From an uncultured Gemmatimonadales bacterium (lineage in GTDB: Bacteria > Gemmatimonadota > Gemmatimonadetes > Gemmatimonadales > GWC2-71-9): a stretch of 64,000 bases of DNA. The stretch spans positions 64,001 to 128,000 of the forward strand of contig CAWJMT010000009.1 of NCBI GenBank assembly GCA_963844035.1, written 5' to 3'. Made by a program: the position numbers and the translations under genes. The notes under the pieces were generated by a model. That model was not told the DNA's origin and did not search any database. It was given only the letters and a program-made list of their open reading frames with translations. Below are positions 9,892 to 21,202 of the stretch, one piece after another. How positions within the stretch are numbered: the first letter of the stretch is position 1; each line of letters starts with the position of its first letter.

Positions 9892-11043
9892 GTGACCGCG
9901 CGTCGGGTCCTGATCGCCGGCGTTTCCACGCGCGCGTTGGCCGAATCGGCCGCGCGGGCGGGATATCGGGTGCTCGCGGTGGACGGGTTCGCAGATCTGG
10001 ATCTGAGCGCCTGCGCGGACACGGTGCTTCGGGTGCGCGACGCCGCGGGGCGGTTCCAACCGCGGCTCGCCGCTCGCACGGCCCGCTCGCTCGCGACGCC
10101 CGCCGTGTGCTACGTCGCGAGCTTCGAGAACGATCCGCGCGCCGTCCGGAGCCTCGCGGCGGATCGCGCGCTGTGGGGCAACGCCCCTGCGGTGCTCACC
10201 CGCGTACGCAATCCGGAGCGCCTCGCCCAAACCCTCGAGCGCCGGGGCTTTGCGGCACCGCAGGTGCGCGCCACCCGGCCCACGCGGGCGAGCGCCACCC
10301 GCTGGCTCATGAAATCACGCGCCTCGGGGGGCGGGCACGGCGTTGTGACTTGGCGGCCTCGGCGCCGGCGCGCGGATCCCCCCGGCGTGTACTTCCAAGA
10401 GCAGATCGCGGGCATTCCGGGATCGATCGTGTTCGCGGCCGACGGGCATCGCGCGGTCGCTCTTGGGTTGTCGCGGCTGCTCGTGGGAAAACGGGCGTTC
10501 GGGGCAGCGGGATTTCGTTACTGCGGGAATATCCTGGCGGACGCGCGCCACCCGCAGTTCGCTCGCGAAGCGGGTTTGCTCGCCTGGGGCGTGGCACTGG
10601 CGGCGAGCCTCACGCAGGCGTTCGGGCTCGTGGGCGTGAACGGGATCGATTTCGTCGCCCGCGCCGGACGCCCGTACCCGCTCGAGGTCAATCCGCGATA
10701 CACCGCGTCGATGGAGCTGGTCGAGCGCGCCTACGGCCTGTCGATGTTCGACATCCACGTCCGCGCATGCGCGGGCGACCTGCCGGCGTTCGAGCTGTTC
10801 AAGGCGCGCGCAGTGGACCACGGCGCGGTGGGCAAGGCCGTGGTGTACGCACGCCACGACATGGTCGCAGGAGACACGCGGGCGTGGCTCGAGGACGACA
10901 CGGTGCGGGACATCCCGGCACCGGGCGAGCGCATTCCGCGGGGGCATCCGATCTGCACCGTGTTCGCGCGGGCGCCGGACGCGGCTGCGTGCCTGCGCGC
11001 GTTGGAGACCCGCGCCGCGGCCGTGTACCGGCGTCTGGCATGA
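9892..11043 (+). CDS. ATP-grasp protein of H4MPT/methanofuran clusters
   Basis: STRALAESAARAG, D-x-FAD-x-D, GGGHG, EVNPRYTAS; cluster context. Confidence 0.8.
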   Translation: MTARRVLIAGVSTRALAESAARAGYRVLAVDGFADLDLSACADTVLRVRDAAGRFQPRLAARTARSLATPAVCYVASFENDPRAVRSLAADRALWGNAPAVLTRVRNPERLAQTLERRGFAAPQVRATRPTRASATRWLMKSRASGGGHGVVTWRPRRRRADPPGVYFQEQIAGIPGSIVFAADGHRAVALGLSRLLVGKRAFGAAGFRYCGNILADARHPQFAREAGLLAWGVALAASLTQAFGLVGVNGIDFVARAGRPYPLEVNPRYTASMELVERAYGLSMFDIHVRACAGDLPAFELFKARAVDHGAVGKAVVYARHDMVAGDTRAWLEDDTVRDIPAPGERIPRGHPICTVFARAPDAAACLRALETRAAAVYRRLA

Positions 11044-12303
11044 CGCCGGCCGCGAAGCTGGTGACGGAACACGCCACGTGTCTCGGCTGCGGTTGCGCCT
11101 GCGACGACATCTCGGTGGTCGTGCAGGGCGATGCGATCGCCGAGGCCGGCAACGCATGCGCGCTCGGCCGCTCCTGGTTTGGCGACGGCACGGTCGCGGC
11201 CGCACGTGCGCTCGCATGGCCGCGCGGTTCCCCTGGACGAAGCGGTCGCGGACGCGGCGACGCTACTCGGAGCGGCGCGCCGTCCGCTGGTTTACCTGGC
11301 GCCGGACATCACGGTCGGAATGCCAACGCGTGGCGGCCGGTATCGCCGACCGGCTGGGCGCGGTGCTCGACAGCCCGACGTCCCAGATCGCGGACGGAGT
11401 TCTCGCGGCGCAGCGGCGCGGGCAGGCGGGTGCGACGCTGGGCGAAATCCGGCAGCGGGCCGACTTCATCGTGTTCTGGGGAATCGATCCGGCGTTACGC
11501 TACCCGCGGTATTCCTCCCGCTACGCTGCCCTCCCGGCGGATGCCCAGACGCCCGAAGGACGCAGGACCCGCACGGTGGTCGCGGTCGACGTCGGTCGCT
11601 GCCCGGGGCGCTGGGGACGCGGATGAGCGCATCGCCATCTCGCCCGAGGAGGAGGTAGACGCGCTGGGCGCCATGCGAGCGGCGGTCCTGGGGCGCAGCA
11701 CGGGCGTGCCAGAGCTCGACCGCGTGGAGCAGCTCGCCCGGCGGATGGCGCAGGCGCGGTATGCGGTGATCGTGCACGACGCCGAACCGGGCGACCTGGC
11801 CGCCGATGCCGGGCGCGTAGAGGCGTTGCTCGCCCTGGCGGCGGAGCTCAACGGGCCGAGTCGATGCGCGGTGTCGTTGCTGCGGGCCGGCGGAAACCGG
11901 TCGGGGGCCGATCTCGTGCTCACGTGGCAGACCGGATTCCCGATGGCGGTGGATTTCGCGCCCGGGTACCCGTGCTATCGGCCTCGAGACGGCGCGGCCG
12001 TGTGGTTGCAGCGCGGCGAGATCGACGCTGGCCTAGTGGTGGGCGCAGCGGCCCATCTCCCGGCGGAGGTCGCACAGGGACTCGCCGCCGTGCCCGACTG
12101 TCCTGATCGGCCCTGCGGCGACGACCGCAGCGCTCAAGAGCGCGGTCGCGATCGATACCGGCGTCGCCGGAATCCACGAGGGCGGCACGGCCTTCCGCAT
12201 GGACGGCGTCCCGCTCCCGCTGCGTCCCGCCCGCGGCGTTACCCCCGCTCCTGCGGCACTCGGGATCGTGCGGGCGCTCAGCGAGCGGCTGGAGGACCGA
12301 TGA
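11040..12303 (+). CDS. fhcB: Formyltransferase/hydrolase complex subunit B (FwdB-like), several frameshifts
   Basis: CLGCGCACDDI, ATLGEIRQRAD, GGNRSGA...WQTGFP, GIHEGGTAFRMDGVPL found across frames. Confidence 0.85.
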
Positions 12304-13958
12304 CCGCGCCCACGCGGCTCCGCATCGCAGGTGGGGCGGTGTACGATCCGGCGAACGGTGTGGACGGCGTGGTGCGCGATGTCTGCATTGAAAACGGGCG
12401 CGTCGTGGCCGAGCTGCCGAAGGATGCACCGCGGCTCGATGCCAGCGGCATGGTCGTGATGCCGGGCGGCGTGGACATCCACGCGCACATCGCCGGGTCG
12501 AGTGTGAGCCATGCCCGTCACCTGCTCCCCGAAGAGCACGCCGCGGATCCGGCACCGCGTCCCGCGCTCTTGGACCACGAGCCCGCCCGCTCAGGGACGG
12601 GGGGCACGGTGCCCAGCACGTTCACGACCGGCTACCGCTACGCCCAGCTCGGCTATACCACGGTGATGGAGGCGGCGATTGCGCCGGTCGCCGCGCGGCA
12701 CGCGCACGCCGAGCTCGACGACACACCGCTTGTGGACGCGGGCTTCTTCGTGCTGCTCGGCAACGACGATTACTTGCTGGAGCAGCTGGCCAAAGGCGAG
12801 CAGCGACGGGCCCGCGACTACGCCGCCTGGCTGCTCGGCGCGGCGGGCGCCTACGCCATCAAGATCGTCAACCCGGGCGGGATCGCGGCCTGGAAATCGG
12901 GGGCGCGCGAACGTCGCGGGAATCGATGACCCGGTGGGATCGAGCGCGGTGACGCCACGCAGGATTCTGGAAACACTGGCCGATGCGGCGAACGCGCTCA
13001 ACCTGCCCGCATCCGGCGCACATTCACTGCAACAATCTCGGCCAAGCCGGGAACGTCGCGACCACCCTCGATACGATGCGCGCGCTCGCGGGACGGCGGG
13101 CGCACTTTACGCACCTGCAGTTTCACAGCTACGGAGGCGAGCGCGGGGGCGCCTGGAAGTCGGGGGCGCGCGAGGTCATCGAGTACGTCAACAGTCACGC
13201 CGAGTTGAGCGTGGACGTCGGTCAGGTGATGTTCGGGCCCGCCACGACGCTCACGCGCCGACGCGCCGGTCGAGTACCACCTGCACGCACGCACCGGCCG
13301 CAAGTGGGTGAACCTGGACGTCGAGCTCGAGAGCGGTTGCGGCATCGTGCCGTACGAGTACAAGGAGAAGGCGGCGATCGCGGCGTTGCAGTGGGCGGTG
13401 GGGCTCGAGCTGTTTCTGCTCGCGCGGAATCCCTGGCAGGTGGTGCTGTCCACCGACCACCCGAATGGCGGCTCGTTTCTGGCCTACCCGGAGCTGGTGC
13501 GGCTGCTCATGAACCGCACCTACCGCGACGCGTGCCTCAAGCGGGTGAATCCGAAACTGCTCGGGGGCAGCGCGCTGCTCGACGGCCTGGCGCGCGAATA
13601 CTCGCTGTCGGAAATCGCCATCGTCACGCGCGCCGGTCCGGCGAGGCTGCTCGGCCTGCGCCACAAGGGGCACCTCGGCGTCGGGGCAGACGCGGACGTG
13701 ACTCTGTACAGCAGGCAGGACGATGCGGCCGCGATGTTCGCGGCGCCCCGCTATGTCGTCAAAGCCGGGACCGTCGTCGTACGCGACGGACAGCTGCAAC
13801 ACGCGCCCGCCGGACGGCGGCTCCACGTGCACCCGGAATACGACGCGGCCGTGACCCGGGACGTGAAGCGGCACTTCGAGCGTCACGCCACCGTCTCGTT
13901 CGAGAATTATCCCATCGGGCCCGCTCGCCGATGCCCCCGTAGGCGGAGCGTGAGATGA
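12300..13958 (+). CDS. fhcA: Formyltransferase/hydrolase complex subunit A (amidohydrolase), frameshifts near 12905, 13005, 13255
   Basis: GGVDIHAHIAG, KIVNPGG, HIHCNNLG, THLQFHSYG, STDHPNGG, KGHLGVGADAD. Confidence 0.9.
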
Positions 13959-14855
13959 AGATCAACGGCGTGACGATCGAAGACGCGTTCGCGGAGGCGT
14001 TCACGATGCGCGCCGCACGCATCGTGATCACGGCGAAAAACGCGAAGTGGGCGCGCGCGGCGGCCCAAAGCCTGACGGGATTCGCCACATCGGTGATCGG
14101 TTGCAAGTGCGAGGCGGGAATCGAAGGTGATGTCGCCGCCACGGACACGCCCGACGGCCGACCCGGTCTCAGCGTGCTGCTACTCACGATGGACAAGGAG
14201 AGCCTGCCGGAGCGCCTGATCGAGCGACTGGGGCAGACCGTGCTCACCTGCCCCACGACGTCCTGTTTCGACGGTCTCCCGGCCGCGCCGAGACCGGCTG
14301 GCGGTCGGGAAGGCGCTGCGGGTGTTCGGCGATGGGTTCCAAGGGAGCAAGGTGGTCGGCGGCCGCCGCTACTGGCGCGTGCCCGTGATGGAGGGTGAGT
14401 TCCTGATCGAGGAGTCGTTCGGGGCGCAGAAAGCGGTGGGGGGCGGGAATTTTCTCATCCTCGCCGAGGATGCGGACGCGGCGCTCGCGGCGGCGGAAGC
14501 GGCGGTCGCCGCCATGGACCCGCTGCCGGGCGTGATCACGCCGTTCCCGGGCGGCGTGGTGCGGAGCGGGAGCAAGGTCGGCTCGCGGCGCTACAGCGAC
14601 ATGATTGCGACCACCAACGACGCGTTCGCCCCGACCCTGCGGGCGGTCACGGATACCGCGCTCCCGGAGGGGGTGAACTGCGTCCTCGAAATCGTGCTCG
14701 ACGGCCTGGACGCGCCATCGATCGAGGCCGCGATGCGCGTTGGGATCCACGCCGCGTGCTGCCCCGGAGTGCGCAGCATCACGGCGGGGAACTACGGCGG
14801 CAAGCTCGGGCCGCACCATTTTCACCTGCGGCAGATCATGGGAACGGCAGGGTGA
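13955..14855 (+). CDS. fhcD: Formylmethanofuran:H4MPT formyltransferase, frameshift near 14290
   Basis: INGVTIEDAFAEAF, TPDGRPG, VLTCPTT, FGDGFQ, PFPGGVVRSGSKVGS, AGNYGGKLG. Confidence 0.92.
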
Positions 14856-15618
14856 GCGACGAGGTCGTGCTGACGCTGCGCGCGCCGCTCGACCGCGCGC
14901 TCGAGGCGTCCTGCATCGCGCCGGACCGGTTCGCCGACGCTCGGCGAGCGGGAGATCGCGGCCCTCCCGATGCGCCAAGGCGGACGCGCGGCCGTGTTAG
15001 GTGATTTCTTTGCGGTGCGGGGCGCGCGCGCGGCCCGGGTCCGTGTGGCCGGGAAGCCTCGAGCAGGCGGACGGGATCGGGACGGGAATGACAGGCGGCG
15101 AGTTGGTGATCGAAGGCAATGTCGGACGGGATGTGGGGCTCGCGATGTCGGGCGGCAGCGTCGAAGTGCACGGCGACGCGGGGGTGAACGCCGGCGGCGC
15201 CCCTCCGGGGGCTGCGCGGGGGGTCACGGGTGGAGAGATCGTCGTACGCGGGTCGGTCGCCGGTGATGCAGGGGCTGGAATGCGCAGAGGGCTGGTCGTT
15301 GTGATGGGGGACGCGGGACGGGGGACGGCGCAAGGCGTGATCGCTGGCACGGTGGTCGTGTTCGGAACCATCGCAGCCGGAGCCGGCCGGTTCATGAAGC
15401 GCGGCTCCATCGTCGCGCTCCACGAGATCGCGCGGCCGGCGACGTTTCGCTACGCGTGCACCTATCGGCCGCCGCATCTGCAGCTGCTGTTTCAATACCT
15501 GCGCCGGCGCTACACGTTGCCGGTCACGGAAGCGCACGTCACCGGCCGGTATCACCGCTATTCGGGCGACCTCGCGGAGCTGGGACGAGGCGAGATTCTG
15601 CAATGGGCGGGGGAATGA
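14852..15618 (+). CDS. fhcC: Formyltransferase/hydrolase complex subunit C, frameshifts near 14940 and 15050
   Basis: GxGMxGG beta-helix repeats, MRRG, MKRGSI, GDLAELGRGEIL. Confidence 0.88.
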
Positions 15619-16584
15619 GCGGCGCAGGCGCCGGGCTCAACGCGCGGGCGTGGGCGATCGCCGACCGGCTCGCGGCCCCGGACGCGTTGCAGCGCGTCGC
15701 GGTGCGGCACGCTGGCGAACGGCGCCCGCGTGATCGATGCCGGGATCGCGGCGCAGGGTGGGCTCGGAGCCGGGCTCGCCCTCGCCGAGATCTGCATGGG
15801 CGGGCTGGGCCGCGTGAACTACCGGCCGGTGACGATCGGCGGCGAGGCGTGGGCCGGGGTGCAGGTGTGGACCGACCATCCCGGCGGTGAGCTGTATGGC
15901 CTCACAGTACGCCGGCTGGGCGATTCAGGTGGACAAGTACTTCGCGATGGGCTCCGGCCCGTTGCGGGCACACGCCCGCGTGGAAAAGGAGCTGTTCGCC
16001 AAACTCGGCTATGCCGAGCAGGCCGAGCGCGGGGTGCTGGTGCTCGAGACCCGGACTCCCCCAGGCGACGCCGAGGCGGCGTGGGTCGCGCGAAAGGCGG
16101 GGCTCGAGCCCTCGCAGCTCACCCTCGTGGCCGCGCCCACGGCGAGCATCGCCGGCACGGTGCAGATCATCGCCCGCATCCTCGAAACGGGGCTCCACAA
16201 GATGGACACGCTCGGATTCGACGTGAACAAGGTCGTCGAGCGGGATCGGCACGGCTCCGCTGCCGCCGGTCGCGAATCACGACCTGCGGGCGATCGGCCG
16301 CACGAATGACTGCATCCTGTACGGCGGGCAGGCGCGCTACACCGTGGACGCGGGCGACGCCGAGCTCGCGGCGCTCGTGCCCAACCTGCCGGCCTCGGCG
16401 TCCAAGGACTACGGCACGCCGTTCGCCGAGATCTTCGAGCGCTACGACGGCGATTTCTATCAGATCGATCCGCTGCTGTTCAGCCCGGCGGAGGTGTGGC
16501 TGACGAGCGTGAAGAGCGGCAAGACGTATCACGCGGGGCAGCGTGAACCCCGAGGTGCTGCGCACCTCGCTGTTCGCGGACTGA
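15615..16584 (+). CDS. mch: Methenyl-H4MPT cyclohydrolase, several frameshifts
   Basis: EICMGGLG, SQYAGW, AMGSGPLRA, APTASIAG, GRTNDCILYGG, DFYQIDPLLFSPA. Confidence 0.92.
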
Positions 16585-16590
16585 CGCGGC

Positions 16591-17472
16591 GTGCGGATCG
16601 CAATTCTGGCCGCGCGGGAGGGCTGGCACACCGCCGAGTTGTGCCGGGCGCTGGTGGCTCGGGCGTGCCAGCCCTCGGTGCTTGCCTACGAAGCGCTCGT
16701 CGGGCGCCTGGGCGCCGGGCCGGGATCCGGGCTGACGAGCGGCGGCGAGGATCTCGACAACGCCGCGGCGGTGCTGCCGCGCATTATTCCCGCGGGCTCG
16801 CTCGAGCAAATCATCTTCCGAATGGACGCGCTGCACCGCCTGGAGGACCGTGCCATTCCGGTGATGAACTCGCCCCGCGCGCTCGAGCGCACCGTGGACA
16901 AGTTCTGGACCACGGCACTGCTCGAGCAGGCGGGGCTTCCCGTCCCGGAGACGATCGTGTGCGAGCGCCCCGAAGACGCGGTGGCGGCGTTTCGCGAGCT
17001 GGGAGACGTGATCGTCAAGCCGCTGTTCGGCTCGATGGGACTCGGCATGGTGCGCGTGAGCGACGAGGAGATGGCGTTCCGCGTATCGCGCACGTTGGAG
17101 GCGATCCGAGGGGTATATTATCTCCAACGCGCGATCGATCATGGCGGTTGCGATGTGCGGGCGTTCGTGGTCGGCGACCGGGTGATCGGCGCGATCGAGC
17201 GGCGGGCCCCCGGCTGGCGCACCAACCTGGCCCGGGGCGGCGAGGCGCACCCCATTACCCTGAGCCCCGAATGGACGGCGCTGGCACTCCGTGCCGCCCG
17301 CGCGGTGGGGGCGGAATACGCCGGGGTGGACCTGCTCCCGGCGCAGGACGGCTCGGTGTACGTCGTCGAGGTGAACGGAATCCCGGGATGGCGCGGCCTG
17401 CAGGACGCGACGTCGGTCGACGTCGCCGGAGCGATCGTCGAGCATCTCCTCGAGCGGGTGGTGCGGCGGTGA
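16591..17472 (+). CDS. RimK-family alpha-L-glutamate ligase (orf5/MptN-like)
   Basis: KPLFGSMG, DVRAFVVG, WRTNLARG, EVNGIPGW. Confidence 0.85.
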   Translation: MRIAILAAREGWHTAELCRALVARACQPSVLAYEALVGRLGAGPGSGLTSGGEDLDNAAAVLPRIIPAGSLEQIIFRMDALHRLEDRAIPVMNSPRALERTVDKFWTTALLEQAGLPVPETIVCERPEDAVAAFRELGDVIVKPLFGSMGLGMVRVSDEEMAFRVSRTLEAIRGVYYLQRAIDHGGCDVRAFVVGDRVIGAIERRAPGWRTNLARGGEAHPITLSPEWTALALRAARAVGAEYAGVDLLPAQDGSVYVVEVNGIPGWRGLQDATSVDVAGAIVEHLLERVVRR

Positions 17473-18349
17473 GCCGACGCGAGCGATGTCGCCGCGCTGG
17501 CCCAGCTCGCGTGCCTGCTCGAGGTCAGCGCGCCGAAGCCCGGCAACGTGTCCCCGGCGGCCCCGTTCCACGACACGCGCTACGAGGACTTCCTCGCCAG
17601 CGCCGTGGCGATCGGCCCGTCGCTCGCCGCCGCGGCCGTCCAGCCCCTGGGTGTGACCATCCGGAACGCCGTCGAAGCCACGCGCCGCTGGACGCGCGAC
17701 CAACACGAACCTCGGCATCGTGCTGCTGTTCGCGCCGCTGGCCCGAGCGGCCCTGACTCGCGACGCGGGCAGCCTGCGCGACGCGGTGCGCGCGACCCTC
17801 GCCGCTACGACGGTGGCGGACGCACGCGAGGCGTATGCCGCGATCCGGCTGGCGTCCCCGGGTGGATTGGGCACCGCGCCGGAGCAGGACGTCGCCCGTT
17901 CCCCCACGGTGTCACTGCTCGAGGCGATGGCGTTGGCGCAGGGGCGCGACGCCATCGCGCGTGAATATGTGTCGGGGTTCGAGACGATCTTCGACGCCGG
18001 CGCACCGGCGCTGGACCGCGCCCGCGCTGCCGGGCTACCGTGGCGCGATGCGATCGTCCACACCTACCTCACATTGCTCGCCGGCGCCGCCGACACGCAC
18101 ATCGCGCGCAGGGCGGGCGCCGCGGCCGCCCGCGACGTGCAGCGGAGGGCGCAGGCGGTGCTCGACGCGGGAGGGATGCACCAGCCGGCCGGCCGGGAGG
18201 CGGTCGCCGAGCTGGACCGCGCCCTGCGCGACCCATGTAACACCAGAAACCCGGGCGCCACCGCCGACCTCACGGCCGCGGCGATATTCGTTACGCTGCT
18301 CGAGGGCGGCTGGTCCGAACGGACGGAGGAGCACCATGCCGGGGCGTAG
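17469..18349 (+). CDS. CitG-like triphosphoribosyl-dephospho-CoA synthase family (orf7), frameshift near 17700
   Basis: LEVSAPKPGNV, TNLGIVLL, DTHIAR, NPGATADL. Confidence 0.82.
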
Positions 18350-18846
18350 CCAATTCAAGGTGTCGCTCACGAAGGACCACATCGTGTTCGCCTCCGCGCA
18401 TTTCATCACGTTTCGCGGCCACCGCTGCGAGACACTGCACGGCCACAACTACCGGACGCGTGTGTCGGTGGAAGGCGGGCTCGATCCCGAGACCGCCTTC
18501 GTCATCGACTTCGCCGAGTTGAAGCAGCTGATGAAGCGGCTCGTGGACGAAATCGACCATCGCGTGCTGTTGCCGCTCGAGAACGCCAAGCTGCAAATCA
18601 CGGAAGAGGGCGACTCGGTGATCGGTCGCCTACGAGGGCGTGCGGCGGTACGTGTTCCCGAAGCGGGACTGCGCGCTGTTGCCGATTCCGAACACAACCG
18701 TCGAGATGCTGGCGCAATATCTCGCGGTGCGCGCGCGGCGCGAGCTGGAGCAGGCCGGCGGCGACGCGGTCGAGCTGACGTCGATCGAGGTCGAGGTGGA
18801 GGAAAACTTCGGCCAGTCGGCCACCTACCGCGAATCACTCACGTGA
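18336..18846 (+). CDS. 6-pyruvoyl/6-carboxy-tetrahydropterin synthase family (COG0720), frameshift near 18625
   Basis: FASAHF, CETLHGHNY, DF, DH, NTTVEMLA, VEE. Confidence 0.85.
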
Positions 18847-19882
18847 CCGGCGTGCTCGGCTGGGACATCGGCGGCGTGAACACCAAAGTCGCGCGCGTCG
18901 CGCACGGCGAGGTCGTCGACGTGCAGGCCCGGCCGTTCGAGATTCAACGGCACCCGCATGCCTTGCGACCGCTGCTCGTAGAGCTGGGCCGTGCGGTGGG
19001 GATGCAGCCGGGCGACGTGCACGCGGTCACCATGACCGCCGAGTTGTCCCAGACCTTCCGCACCAAGCGGGAGGGCGTCGGGTTCGTCCTCGATCACGTC
19101 CTCGCCGCCTTCCCGGACGAGGCACATCGGGGTCCACACGGTGGACGGTCGCTTCATCGACGCCGCCGCCGCACGCGAGGCGCCGCTCGCGGTGGCCGCC
19201 GCGAACTGGGCGGCCACGGCGCGTCTCGTGGCGCAGGAGTGGCCCGACGGTGTGCTGATCGATGTCGGATCCACGACGACGGACATCACGCCAATCGTCG
19301 CCGGTGCCATCGCCGCCCGGGGCCGCACCGACCCCGAACGGCTGCGCGAGGGTGAGCTGGTGTACACCGGGGCGCTGCGCACGCCCGTCGAGGCGATTGC
19401 GCCGACCGTTCCGCTCTGGGGTGGGGCAGCCGGAGTCGCCGCGGATGGCTTCGCGCTGGCGGGGGACGTACACCTGTGGCGCGGGCAACTGGTCCCCGAC
19501 GACTATTCCGTCCCCACGCCCGATGGACGCCCCGCCACGCGCGAGTTCGCCGGCGGGCGTCTGGCGCGGGTCGTGTGTGCCGACCGCGAAATGCTTGACG
19601 AGAGTACCATCGATGCGATCGCCGACGGCTTGTGGGAAGCGCAGGTGGAGCGGATCGCGCGCGCGCTGGCGCGCATCGGTGGACCGCCACGCGACGCTGG
19701 CGCGCGGCATCGCCATCGTCACGGGACTCGGCGATTTCCTGGCGGCCGAAGCAGCCCGCCGGGCAGGCCTTCAGGTGACCAACCTGTCCGCACACTGGGG
19801 TCGTGGGGCGCGGCACGCTCCCGCAGCGGCCGTCGCGTTGCTGCTCGACGCCAAACTTGAGCTGGAGACCATAGCGCGATGA
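18843..19882 (+). CDS. Hydantoinase/oxoprolinase-like H4MPT-linked protein (orf9, MfnF-like), frameshifts near 19125 and 19685
   Basis: GWDIGGVNTK, TMTAEL, AAANW, DVGSTTTDI, ELVYTG-x-LRTP. Confidence 0.83.
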
Positions 19883-20475
19883 CGGCAGGGCGGAGCGGGG
19901 TTGAGACGATTGTGAAGGTGGGCGGCGGCCTGCTGAGCCGGGCCGGTGCGTTCGAGCTCGTCACCGGGGCGTTGGCGTCGTTCGGGAAAGGGCGTCGCCT
20001 GCTGGTGATCCCGGGCGGGGGACCGTTTGCCGAGGCGGTGCGCGAGCTCGTACGGCGCGTGAAAGTCGGCGACGAGGCGGCGCATTGGATGGCAGTGTTG
20101 GGCATGGACCAGTACGCCCACGCCCTGACAGAACGGACCGCCGGCGCGGTTTTGGTCGAGCAGCTGCCCGAGGTCCACGCGGCTCTCGACGCCGGCCTAA
20201 TCCCGGTGCTCGCCCCGTACCGCTGGCTGCGTGCCGCCGATCCCCTTCCCCACTCCTGGAATGCCACGAGCGACAGCGTCGCCGCCTGGGTGGCCGGTGC
20301 GGTGAACGCCAAACGCATCGTGTTGATCAAGCCGGCCAAGGGCGAGACATCCAGGCTGGTCGACCCCCTGTTTCTCAAGACGCTGCCGCCGGGGGTCGAT
20401 TGTGTGGTGCTCACGGCGCATGAGATGGAGAAACTCGGCGAGGTTCTAGACAGGCGCGCCGCAAGCAAGGTCTGA
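19879..20475 (+). CDS. Amino-acid-kinase family protein (orf21, MfnE-like)
   Basis: VKVGGGL, PGGGPFAE, AHWMA, LPHSWNATSDS. Confidence 0.82.
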   Translation: MTAGRSGVETIVKVGGGLLSRAGAFELVTGALASFGKGRRLLVIPGGGPFAEAVRELVRRVKVGDEAAHWMAVLGMDQYAHALTERTAGAVLVEQLPEVHAALDAGLIPVLAPYRWLRAADPLPHSWNATSDSVAAWVAGAVNAKRIVLIKPAKGETSRLVDPLFLKTLPPGVDCVVLTAHEMEKLGEVLDRRAASKV

Positions 20476-21141
20476 GAGCGCGGCCGCACGGGCCACCGAG
20501 CACCCGTCCGGTGCGCCCACCGTCGCACGCGGCACCACGCACCCCAACAATGTCGGCACCGGCCTCCCGGGCCGCAGGCAGGTCCGCCCCGCGGAGGCTT
20601 CCCGCCAGAGCGACGAGCAGTCCGGCTGCGTGCGCCGTCGCTGCCCACGTTGCGACGTGGTCCTGTGGGATGAGCTCGAACAGGGTCGCGTCCTTGATGG
20701 CGGTGTCGAGCAGTACTCCGGTGGCGCCCACGGCAGCGGCGACTTCCAGGATCACGTCGGGCCGCGGTGCATGCCGACGCGGTCCCAGTCGGCATAGCCC
20801 ACCAGGATCACGTGCCCGTCCGTCCCTGCCCCGCAGGCGTCGGCAAGCTCACGGACCCGAGCGGCCGACCCGGTGCCGCGGAATCCGATTTTCACATAGG
20901 TGACGCCAGCGGCCACCGCCGCCCGGGTAGCGCGCCCGATGTGCGCGCTGTCGGTCGCATCACCCAATGCGGCGCTGACGGGCCGGTGAGCACCCACGGC
21001 CCTGCAGATCGCGCGCAGGCGCTCAGGCGCGACGGCACCGAGGGCGCCACGACGCGGCTCTTTCGCGTCGATCAGGTCGGCACCGCCCGCGAGCGCCGCA
21101 CGCGCATCACGTACATCCGCAACGCTCACCAGGAGTTGCAT
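20411..21141 (-). CDS. mfnB: (5-formylfuran-3-yl)methyl phosphate synthase (orf22/DUF556), frameshift near 20765; 3' end uncertain
   Basis: MQLLVSV, GGADLIDAKEP..GALGA, VSAALGD, YVKIG, LLDTAIKD, ALAGSL, GVRGAAC. Confidence 0.85.
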
Positions 21142-21202
21142 AGCTTGGGCGTCCCTTGTGGCTGCCGCGAAATCGCCGGTAGGTTAGGGTTTGGGAAACC
21201 CG

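Noticed and set aside
9846..12929. 1027-aa ORF suggesting an FhcB-FhcA fusion
   Set aside because: Patchwork of correct and incorrect frames caused by indels; the ATGA junction at 12300-12303 shows separate genes
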